The position numbers were made by a program, and so were the translations under genes. The notes under the pieces were generated by a model. That model was given only the letters and a program-made list of their open reading frames with translations. It was not told where the DNA came from and ran no database searches. This document shows positions 50,163-57,610 of a stretch of 64,000 nucleotides of DNA, one piece after another. This DNA is from an uncultured Candidatus Saccharibacteria bacterium (lineage in GTDB: Bacteria; Patescibacteriota; Minisyncoccia; UBA6257; UBA9933), in NCBI GenBank assembly GCA_964453135.1, contig CAYVOL010000001.1:24895-88894 (forward strand). The letters are read 5' to 3'. Numbering within the stretch: the first letter of the stretch is position 1; the number at the start of each line of letters is the position of its first letter.

Positions 50163-50435
50163 ATGAACGTTTTGCTGGAATGTTTTAACGCCGCGTACAT
50201 TGAGGCACGGCGGCAATTTCAGAAGCAGTATCCGAAATACAACGCGGGCGCCGTGCTTTCTGCGTTTCAGAGATGCCCTCGCGCCCGCGGCGACCCCCGC
50301 GACATATCGGGAGCATACAAGCACGTTTTCGGCGGCGCGGAAACCGACGAAAAAGCACAGTGTTCCCAGTGCGATGGGTTTTTGTGGCGATACGAACGGG
50401 CTATCAGAAATTATTCCCGCGTTATGCGGGATTAA
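50163..50435 (+). CDS. Island ORFan 2 (90 aa, CSQC motif)
   Basis: SD gaaaggagg. Follows ORFan 1 after 16 nt. Confidence 0.45.
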   Translation: MNVLLECFNAAYIEARRQFQKQYPKYNAGAVLSAFQRCPRARGDPRDISGAYKHVFGGAETDEKAQCSQCDGFLWRYERAIRNYSRVMRD

Positions 50436-50462
50436 AAAGAAAGGAGACGCCTTATGTATTTA

Positions 50463-50498
50463 GGGCTGTCCCGCTGTTGAGCGGGACAGCCCTTTTTT
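50463..50498 (+). terminator. Rho-independent terminator
   Basis: gggctgtcccgctgttgagcgggacagcccttttttatt. Confidence 0.7.
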
Positions 50499-50650
50499 AT
50501 TGGCTTTCCGAACAACGCAATTTCTATTTGACAAAATTAAATAAAGTTGTATAATTATGAAATAAAAAGTGGCTCTTTCCCAATAAAATAACGGGATAAC
50601 GGGGTTTTTACCCCTAACGCGGCACTGCCGCAAAGAGAGGAGAAAGCGCG

Positions 50651-51034
50651 ATGAAGAGAATTTCTGTAATCGTCCTGTGTTTGGTTGTTGCTGGTTTCGC
50701 GTTAGTTGGTTGTTCACAACCGACACCCCAAGAGCGAAAGCAATACTATAACACCTTAACCCAACTCAAGAATGTCACGCGAGGAGATCTGATTGTCAAC
50801 AAAGATGGTTGGGTAGTAATCGTTTGCCTATCCCCCGTAAAAACAGCTGGTGGGATAGGAGAAGATATAAGCCTCCTTGTTAACGAGTGGGGGCTGTGGC
50901 AAACAAACATTCAAACTCTGTCGTATGAGCAGTATGTGCGCAGAGTTATTCTTAAAGGCGATCCGGATTATACAGATGCCCTAAGGCATTTTGCGATAAG
51001 GGATAAATACTATAAAGAGGCACCAATCAAATAA
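50651..51034 (+). CDS. Island lipoprotein (127 aa)
   Basis: Lipobox ALVGC after an h-region. SD agaggag. Confidence 0.5.
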   Translation: MKRISVIVLCLVVAGFALVGCSQPTPQERKQYYNTLTQLKNVTRGDLIVNKDGWVVIVCLSPVKTAGGIGEDISLLVNEWGLWQTNIQTLSYEQYVRRVILKGDPDYTDALRHFAIRDKYYKEAPIK

Positions 51035-51064
51035 ATATCGCGCACCTAAAGGAGGTGATATACG

Positions 51065-51256
51065 GTGCCATACTACTCAACGAAGAAGAAACACCACCGC
51101 AGCCATATCAGCGGCCAGCGGTGGGTGAAATCGGAGAATATGCAGGCCTACATTGAAAGCCTGCACCGCAAAGAGAAACAACTGATAAAGAAAATGGCGA
51201 AAATTCATTCCCGCTTCCGGTCTGAATATCAGAAGGAAGCGGCTCAAAGGAGGTGA
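51065..51256 (+). CDS. Island small basic protein (63 aa, GTG start)
   Basis: SD aaaggaggtgatatac before the GTG. Lys/Arg/His-rich. Confidence 0.35.
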   Translation: MPYYSTKKKHHRSHISGQRWVKSENMQAYIESLHRKEKQLIKKMAKIHSRFRSEYQKEAAQRR

Positions 51257-51261
51257 TATAC

Positions 51262-51753
51262 ATGAAGGCGAAGTTTGTTTTTTTCGCGGCCTTCGCGGCA
51301 ATAGCGGTGTTATGGCTCATCGTGGGTTGCGCTCCGGGGACGCAGTTAGCGTTTAACCCGGAGATTCAAATGAACGGGTTCGGCGGGGCGTATGGAACAT
51401 CATACAGCCCCACCCTCCGCTATGGTTACTACTATCCCTTCGCGGAGATAGTGGTAACCAACAACACACCTTATTATCTTCAGCCTGAGCAGGACGGCCG
51501 GCTAAAGGTTTTAAGGGATGCCCAGGGGCAGGTTTACACCACTATTGCCCCAGGGCAGTCTTTGAGATACCACATCGCCGTGCCGTACTATACTTCGGTG
51601 CCCACGGCGGTCGTGGCCAAGGCGTTTACGCCAGACGGGAGATTTATTGGCGTTGCCGATAGAAAGTTTTACTTCTACGGCAACATCAATCAACGTCTTT
51701 TGGAGTCGTGGGTGGTCAACACCTACGATGTCCGGGAGGCGCGCTCCCGTTAG
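51262..51753 (+). CDS. Island lipoprotein (about 164 aa, Tyr/Gly-rich)
   Basis: The identical SD context aaaggaggtgatatac is duplicated from the previous gene. Lipobox LIVGC. Confidence 0.5.
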   Translation: MKAKFVFFAAFAAIAVLWLIVGCAPGTQLAFNPEIQMNGFGGAYGTSYSPTLRYGYYYPFAEIVVTNNTPYYLQPEQDGRLKVLRDAQGQVYTTIAPGQSLRYHIAVPYYTSVPTAVVAKAFTPDGRFIGVADRKFYFYGNINQRLLESWVVNTYDVREARSR

Positions 51754-51773
51754 GATAAGACAAAAACATTTTT

Positions 51774-51812
51774 CCCCCGCAACAGGAATTCCTGTTGCGG
51801 GGCGTTTTATTT
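51774..51812 (+). terminator. Rho-independent terminator
   Basis: cccccgcaacaggaattcctgttgcggggcgttttatttt. Confidence 0.7.
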
Positions 51813-51821
51813 TAGGGGTTT

Positions 51822-51869
51822 GGATTGCTTCGCCCGCCCCGCCATGGCGGGGCGGGACTCGCAATGACA
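51822..51869 (+). repeat. MITE-family right half (module 2-like) at the right border of the island
   Basis: ggattgcttcgcccgccccgccatggcggggcgggactcgcaatgaca, compared with gattcttc...hairpin...attcagaatgaca. Confidence 0.5.
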
Positions 51870-51913
51870 AAAATATCAATTATGACTTCTCTAAAAAATG
51901 CTATAATAAATTA

Positions 51914-52525
51914 ATGATTGAAAACATTATTGTTCATTTTTCCGCGGCGCACCCTTTGACGACTTACGGGGCTATTTTCGGAGGAATGTTCATTGAGGGC
52001 GAAATTATTTTGCTTTTGTCAGGCGTTTTGATAAAAGCGGGAGCCATCAGATTTTTTTACACCCTTCTAATCACCTTTGCGGCAGTGGCCCTCCACGACA
52101 TCGCCTACTGGTACATCGGCAAAAAACTTTTTCAATTCCATCAGACACGATTCCTCTGGTTCAAAATAGACAAAATCCTGCCGTTTCTTCACAAAATAAA
52201 AAGGCGGGAAGGATTTTATGTTTTCGTTTCCAAATTCATCTGGAATACCAACCGCTTCGTCTTAATATCTTTGGGCTATCTCAACACGCCCTTGGAAAAA
52301 TTTTTGAAGAACAGCCTGATGGCCGCTTTCTTCTGGCCCTTGACGCTGATTTCTTTGGGCTATATGTTTGCCGAACAAACCGAGCTGTTGCGGCAAGATT
52401 TGAAAATCGCCGCGATATTTGTAATAATCTTTGCTGCTGTTATCATGGTTTTAGGAGCGTCTTTCCAAAAATTCTTCAGAATCTTGAACGGCAATGCGGA
52501 GAGTATTTCCGGAAAAAAATCCTGA
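51914..52525 (+). CDS. DedA/VTT-family membrane protein
   Basis: Start at Met MIENIIV (the ORF-track N-terminus overlaps the island). TYGAIFGGMFIEGEIILLLSGVL motif. Confidence 0.65.
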   Translation: MIENIIVHFSAAHPLTTYGAIFGGMFIEGEIILLLSGVLIKAGAIRFFYTLLITFAAVALHDIAYWYIGKKLFQFHQTRFLWFKIDKILPFLHKIKRREGFYVFVSKFIWNTNRFVLISLGYLNTPLEKFLKNSLMAAFFWPLTLISLGYMFAEQTELLRQDLKIAAIFVIIFAAVIMVLGASFQKFFRILNGNAESISGKKS

Positions 52526-52526
52526 A

Positions 52527-52603
52527 GCGCGCGTAGCTCAGCCGGTTAGAGCGTCTCGTTTACACCGAGAAGGTCCCCTGTTCGAGCCAGGGCGCGCGCA
52601 CCA
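52527..52603 (+). tRNA. tRNA-Val (anticodon UAC), CCA encoded; starts 2 nt after the DedA stop
   Basis: Manual fold: acceptor GCGCGCG/CGCGCGC, D-arm GCTCAGCCGGTTAGAGC, anticodon loop UUUACAC, T-arm CCCTGTTCGAGCCAGGG, ACCA. Confidence 0.85.
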
Positions 52604-52792
52604 ATTCAAAATTTGATTTTTCCAAAAAACTTGCTACAATATGATTGAGTCGTGGCAGTGATTCTCGGGTCAATGGATTAAAAAGGGAGGGAGTATTTAG
52701 TCTTCGGATTGAAAATCCCACCCACCTGGTTTACAGCCGGGATAATCCCACGCCACGGCTCTTTTAGCGCCAATTTAAATTGAAATAATTTT

Positions 52793-52993
52793 ATGCGCCA
52801 ATGTGAAATCTGCGGGAAAGGGTCTATTATGATGGCGGGCAGAAAAAAACTGCGCGGCAAATATAATCCCACTCCCGCGACAAGAAAATATCCCAATTTG
52901 CAAAAAGCTCTTCTCGCTGACGGAAGGCGCGTTTTGGCTTGCACAAAATGCATCAGGACCGACGCCAAAACAAAAAACAAGACAAAAAAGTAG
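52793..52993 (+). CDS. rpmB: 50S ribosomal protein L28
   Basis: CEICGKG zinc knuckle, RKYPNLQ motif, second CxxC. Confidence 0.6.
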   Translation: MRQCEICGKGSIMMAGRKKLRGKYNPTPATRKYPNLQKALLADGRRVLACTKCIRTDAKTKNKTKK

Positions 52994-52994
52994 C

Positions 52995-53036
52995 ATACCA
53001 AAACTCCCCCCGCCATGGCGGGGGGAGTTTTGGTAT
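52995..53036. terminator. Bidirectional hairpin terminator
   Basis: ataccaaaactccccccgccatggcggggggagttttggtat. Confidence 0.7.
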
Positions 53037-53067
53037 TAAGCGGCATTGGTAAAAATTATCTTCTCTA

Positions 53068-53601
53068 TTATCTTCTCGTATTGTTCACCAAATGAAATGC
53101 CACGATGCCGAAAGCCACGGCGACATTCAACGATTCTTTCCCTTGGCCGGCGCAGCGAGGATGGCCGGCTTGCCTGATTATTTTTCCACGCATGGGGATT
53201 TCTAAAATTTTATCCGCCTGTTTTAGAATTGGCGGCGGCAAGCCTTTGGTTTCGCTTCCCAATATCAATGCCGAATTTTCAACCTGCAAAGCAGATAGGC
53301 GAACCTTGTGATAAGGGACGGATTTTTGCCCTTGTTCAATGGCAAAAATTTTATATTTTTTATCCGTCGGCGATTTTTTTAATTTATCAATAAATTTCAC
53401 GGCGGAGCGATAATATTCCCACTGGATATATTTCTCCGCGCCCAATGAAACTTTAGCGAACTGCGGGCGTGGACGACCGAACTCGTCAATAGGTTTGGGA
53501 GTGATACCGCAGAGATAAATTTTTTCTATGCCGAGAGCGTCGGCGGTGCGGAAAATAGAGCCGACATTATGGAGGCTGCGGATATTGTGCAAAATAATTT
53601 T
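53068..53601 (-). CDS. SpoU/TrmH-family RNA 2-prime-O-methyltransferase
   Basis: LHNVGSIFRTADALG and ILGSETKGL plus C-terminal LNVAVAFGI knot motifs. Start taken at Met MKIILHN. Confidence 0.75.
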   Translation of the reverse strand, partial: KIILHNIRSLHNVGSIFRTADALGIEKIYLCGITPKPIDEFGRPRPQFAKVSLGAEKYIQWEYYRSAVKFIDKLKKSPTDKKYKIFAIEQGQKSVPYHKVRLSALQVENSALILGSETKGLPPPILKQADKILEIPMRGKIIRQAGHPRCAGQGKESLNVAVAFGIVAFHLVNNTRR

Positions 53602-53673
53602 CATATTTTCCAGTATCAAACCAAACATTCAATGCGTCAAGAACAAATCTTCGGCTTTGGCGCTGTTTGGAAA

Positions 53674-53781
53674 GTCATTCTGAGTCCCCTTGCCCCGCCA
53701 AGGCGGGGGGCGAAGAATCCCGTATTGACCGCGGAAACTTTCAAGATGCTTCGTTCCGCCACGGCGGGGCTCAGCATGACT
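53674..53781 (+). mobile_element. MITE-like element, copy 9 (core)
   Basis: gtcattctgagtccccttgccccgccaaggcggggggcgaagaatcccg...gatgcttcgttccgccacggcggggctcagcatgac. Confidence 0.65.
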
Positions 53782-53910
53782 GGCGATATGAATCGGAGTT
53801 TTTCAAACAACGCTCCCCTTTTTGACAAAAAGAAAATTAAGCGCTATTCTTTTTATCAAAAGAAAGGTCGAGGGCAAAGAAAAAAGTAAAGAAAAAGAAC
53901 GAGATAAGAT

Positions 53911-54198
53911 ATGGAGACTTACAAAGACAAAGAATTTCTGGAATTTCTCGTCAAATCAATCGTTGACCATCCTGACGACGTTCAGGTAGAAAGGAAGGTT
54001 GATGAAATGGGAGTTCTGCTTTCTCTGAAAGTCAATCCGCTGGATATGGGACAAATTGTCGGAAGACAGGGCTCTACGGCAAAAGTCATCCGCTCTCTTT
54101 TGAGGATAGTGGGCGTTAAAAATCACGCCCGCGTCAACTTAAAAATTGTGGAGCCGGAAGGGTCCACCCGCGGACAGCAGCCAAGAGAATCTTTCTAA
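53911..54198 (+). CDS. KH-domain RNA-binding protein (KhpA/YlqC-like)
   Basis: VGRQGSTAKVIRSLLRIVG GXXG KH loop. 95 aa. Confidence 0.75.
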   Translation: METYKDKEFLEFLVKSIVDHPDDVQVERKVDEMGVLLSLKVNPLDMGQIVGRQGSTAKVIRSLLRIVGVKNHARVNLKIVEPEGSTRGQQPRESF

Positions 54199-54205
54199 AC
54201 TAAAA

Positions 54206-54236
54206 TCAAAAACCCCCGCTAAGCGGGGGTTTTTGA
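54206..54236. terminator. Bidirectional hairpin terminator
   Basis: caaaaacccccgctaagcgggggtttttg. Confidence 0.7.
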
Positions 54237-54243
54237 TTGGAAC

Positions 54244-54702
54244 CTATTCAAATTTAATTTTTATCTTCTTCGCCTTCTTTTTATCAGCCTTGGGAAGAAC
54301 AATTTTCAAAATTCCGTTTTTGAGAGAAGCCGCGGAGCGATCGGTGTCAATCTCTTCAGGCAAAATAACGGAGCGGGAAAATTTCCCCCAATAACATTCC
54401 TGGACAAAATAATCTCGCTTGTCTTCTTTGCCGTATCTTTCCCGTTTGCCCTTTATAACCACCGATTCCGGAGTAATATCAACGTCCAAATCGTCTATGC
54501 TGACGCCCGCCACCGGCGCTTCAATGACTATATTGCCGTTGTCTTGATAGACATCCACAGCCAATTGACCTTCTTCTTCGTCAAAGATATTTTCTTCCCG
54601 CGACATTCTTCCGTTGTCAGTCAAATGAGGCTTAACCTTTTCTTCCCAGTCATCGTCCACCCCAGCCAACCTTTCAAAAAATTTTTTTGTGTCGTCGCTC
54701 AT
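54244..54702 (-). CDS. Hsp20/alpha-crystallin small heat-shock protein
   Basis: Alpha-crystallin domain with C-terminal ILKIVLPK. Confidence 0.8.
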   Translation of the reverse strand: MSDDTKKFFERLAGVDDDWEEKVKPHLTDNGRMSREENIFDEEEGQLAVDVYQDNGNIVIEAPVAGVSIDDLDVDITPESVVIKGKRERYGKEDKRDYFVQECYWGKFSRSVILPEEIDTDRSAASLKNGILKIVLPKADKKKAKKIKIKFE

Positions 54703-54703
54703 T

Positions 54704-55429
54704 TTATTTCTTTAATTCTTTCGCATTAGATGCGGAGGTTAACCGCTCTTCCTCTCTTTTTATTTTTTCAAAATCATAAAAAATGAAAAAAGAAACGAGA
54801 AAAAGAAGTATTAGAGGGTAAATAATCACTCCTTTATGGACAATTATAAGATAATTAAAAACAGCATGCAAGACCGAGGCTGCCGCCAGGCCGATAACAA
54901 TGAAAATCGCGGTCTGCTTCCTGATAATGCCCTTGGCCCAATAATAACCCAGCAGGGCGGAACTAAAAGCGTGAAGCACGGTGGCGCCCAAAAATCGCGA
55001 GATTAATATATCCATTTTATAGCCGAGGGAAAAATCCTGCATCATGGTAGAAACATTTTCCGCAGCGGCAAAACCGGCGGCGGCTGTTATCATATAAATC
55101 ATCGCGTCTATCGGCTCGTCAAAATACGCGGTCCTGGCAATGGTAAGAAACACCGCCAGCCATTTTGCCGCTTCTTCAATAACGGCAAAAATCAGTATGG
55201 GGGAGAGATTTTCAGGGGAATTTCCCGAAAAAAAGGCAGCGGATAGGCCATTGCCATAAAATTTATTTAAGTAAATTTCGGCAAGCAAAGCCGCCAAGGC
55301 GGCGGCAACTCCTGTCAAAAAAACATAAAAAATTTCCCGGCGCGGTTCGGGATGAATATCCTCCTGCAAAAACAAGCTTAACCAGATAAGACTGGGCAGC
55401 AATCCGAGAAAAACGAAAGTGATGGCCAT
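54704..55429 (-). CDS. PrsW-family intramembrane metalloprotease
   Basis: EExxK (AVIEEAAKW) and FxxxH (LHAFSSALLGYY) motifs. Polytopic. Confidence 0.6.
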   Translation of the reverse strand: MAITFVFLGLLPSLIWLSLFLQEDIHPEPRREIFYVFLTGVAAALAALLAEIYLNKFYGNGLSAAFFSGNSPENLSPILIFAVIEEAAKWLAVFLTIARTAYFDEPIDAMIYMITAAAGFAAAENVSTMMQDFSLGYKMDILISRFLGATVLHAFSSALLGYYWAKGIIRKQTAIFIVIGLAAASVLHAVFNYLIIVHKGVIIYPLILLFLVSFFIFYDFEKIKREEERLTSASNAKELKK

Positions 55430-55439
55430 AAAATTTTAA

Positions 55440-56711
55440 TCACACCTCAAACCATCCTTTGATGATATTGTCCTTGACTATTCTTTCCAATTCTTCTTCG
55501 CCGAAGTATTCAATAAAAATTTTATTCCACAAAGATTCCTGATGGTGATAAAGATACTTTATCATTTCTTTTTCCATAACCAAAGACATCGTGGTGTCAA
55601 CGAGATTAAAACTGGCCAAAACATCTATGCCGACATCGCTCTTATAATAATCCCCCACCCAGTTAAGATTTTGCCAAAAAGATAAATCTTTGGAAAATCC
55701 GTCCATTGTCTCGGCAATTTTTACCAGCATTCTTTCCGCCCGCTCCCAATGAAGAGCTTCGGGATTCAAATGCGGCTCAAACAGACGCCAGTCATTTTCG
55801 TCGTCTTTCGCCAAATATCTTTGGACAATCATCCAGCGCGATTTATCTCCGCCAGCCGACGAAGGCAGGTGTTCGTCTAACACGTCGCCTCTTAAAAGAG
55901 AAATGATATTGAGAGCAAAAGAATCGCCGTTGCTGGAAAATTTCCGGAAAAGAGAGGAATAAAAAACAACTTCGTTGAGGTAATGAAGCACCAAAATAAA
56001 CGTTCTCATCAACTCGCCGGGAACATTAAAAGAAATAGGAATAATAAAAATCATTCCCATCTCTTTCAGGTGAGAAATGTTGTGATATTTTTTCTTGACA
56101 AAGCTTTCAGCCGCGGCTACCCACTTTTCCGGCAGGACCTTCAAAATAATTTCCCGTTCTTCAAAATCGGAGGGTTTTAAATTTCCATACTGCTTGAAAA
56201 AAACCTCATTAAGCCATCGGGGGTCTTCCAGAAAACGAAGGGCGCTGAAAATTTCGTAGATATCTTCTTTGGCCAGCAATTCTTCAACATCGCGATATCC
56301 CAAAGTTTTGATGATTTTTTGCGGCGGTTCTTTCTTGAGAAATTCCGTTGCCCGTTCTTTTTTTAAAAAAAATCCCTTGGGCGCTCCTTCCGATTTCAAA
56401 ATTGCTTCAAGAACACGGCGGCAGACTACGGAATACTCGGCCGCTTGCGCCGAGTCCAATTTCAACGCCTTGCTTAACAAATCGTTGTCAGCGCTTATTT
56501 TTTCAATTAAACCGTCGTAAATGGTTTTGGCAGAGACATCGGTCGTTAATCCCAGATCAGCCAGACGATTTTTCATCATCGCTTCGTTTTCTTCCACGAT
56601 TCTGTCAATGACATTTTTCTTGCCGGTTACGGCGGAAAAACGTTCTTCTATCAAACGGATAACATCCCGGTCGCATCTTAAAATTTTGGCAATTCTTTCG
56701 TAAGACTTCAT
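55440..56711 (-). CDS. Hypothetical cytoplasmic protein (423 aa), unknown function
   Basis: No motif I recognise. Sits in the operon position where a transketolase C-subunit would be expected. Confidence 0.5.
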   Translation of the reverse strand: MKSYERIAKILRCDRDVIRLIEERFSAVTGKKNVIDRIVEENEAMMKNRLADLGLTTDVSAKTIYDGLIEKISADNDLLSKALKLDSAQAAEYSVVCRRVLEAILKSEGAPKGFFLKKERATEFLKKEPPQKIIKTLGYRDVEELLAKEDIYEIFSALRFLEDPRWLNEVFFKQYGNLKPSDFEEREIILKVLPEKWVAAAESFVKKKYHNISHLKEMGMIFIIPISFNVPGELMRTFILVLHYLNEVVFYSSLFRKFSSNGDSFALNIISLLRGDVLDEHLPSSAGGDKSRWMIVQRYLAKDDENDWRLFEPHLNPEALHWERAERMLVKIAETMDGFSKDLSFWQNLNWVGDYYKSDVGIDVLASFNLVDTTMSLVMEKEMIKYLYHHQESLWNKIFIEYFGEEELERIVKDNIIKGWFEV

Positions 56712-56719
56712 AATAAGAA

Positions 56720-57601
56720 TTATTCGTGCTCGGATTTTATCTTTCCTCCTAAAGTGCGCAATTCTTTTAGCGCCTCGCTTGCCTGTTTTTTATTGGGAGG
56801 AATGCCGTGCCATAAATAATCGCGCTCCATGAAACTGACGCCTTTGCCGGGAATGGTATGGGCAATGATGGCGGTGGGTTTTTCAAAAATGGCCTTGGCT
56901 TCCACTACGGCCGAGGCAATTTGTAAAATGTTGTGGCCGTCTACTTCCAAAACATGCCAGTTAAAAGATTCGTATTTGGCGCGCAACGGCTCCAAAGCCA
57001 TCACATCTTCGGTAAATCCGTCAATTTGAATATTGTTGCGATCAATTATTCCTATTAAATTATTCAAGCGATATTTACCGGCCAGCATCACCGCTTCCCA
57101 CATATTTCCCTCCTGATACTCTCCGTCCGACATCAAACAAAAAACATAATGCTTCTCTTTATTAAGTTTGGCGCTCAAAGCCATGCCGATGGATTGAGAC
57201 AAGCCAGAGCCCAATGGCCCGGAAGTGGTTTCTATGCCGGGGAGCGCCTTCCTGTGAGGATGCCCTTGCAAACGGCTTCCTAATTTCCTTAAAGTTTTTA
57301 ATTCTTCCACAGGGAAATATCCGGCGCGGGCCAAAGACGCATAAAGCACAGGACAAATGTGTCCGTTAGATAAAACCACGCGATCCCTTTCCGGCCAGTC
57401 TGGCGTTTTAGGATTATGCCGTAAAATATGAAAATACAAAGCGCTGAAAATATCGGCCATTCCCAAAGGGCCGGCTGAATGACCCGAGCCCGCTTCCAAC
57501 AGCATTTCAATAATATCCTGGCGAAGGACATTGGCCATTTCTTCCAAAAATTTCAATTTTTTGTCGTGTAGAAGTTCCATTTGGCACAATTCAAATTTCA
57601 A
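56720..57601 (-). CDS. Transketolase, N-terminal (TPP-binding) subunit of a split enzyme
   Basis: GSGHSAGPLGMADIF, DRVVLSNGH, GPLGSGLSQSIGMA. Confidence 0.8.
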   Translation of the reverse strand: MKFELCQMELLHDKKLKFLEEMANVLRQDIIEMLLEAGSGHSAGPLGMADIFSALYFHILRHNPKTPDWPERDRVVLSNGHICPVLYASLARAGYFPVEELKTLRKLGSRLQGHPHRKALPGIETTSGPLGSGLSQSIGMALSAKLNKEKHYVFCLMSDGEYQEGNMWEAVMLAGKYRLNNLIGIIDRNNIQIDGFTEDVMALEPLRAKYESFNWHVLEVDGHNILQIASAVVEAKAIFEKPTAIIAHTIPGKGVSFMERDYLWHGIPPNKKQASEALKELRTLGGKIKSEHE

Positions 57602-57610
57602 AAGATGCCT

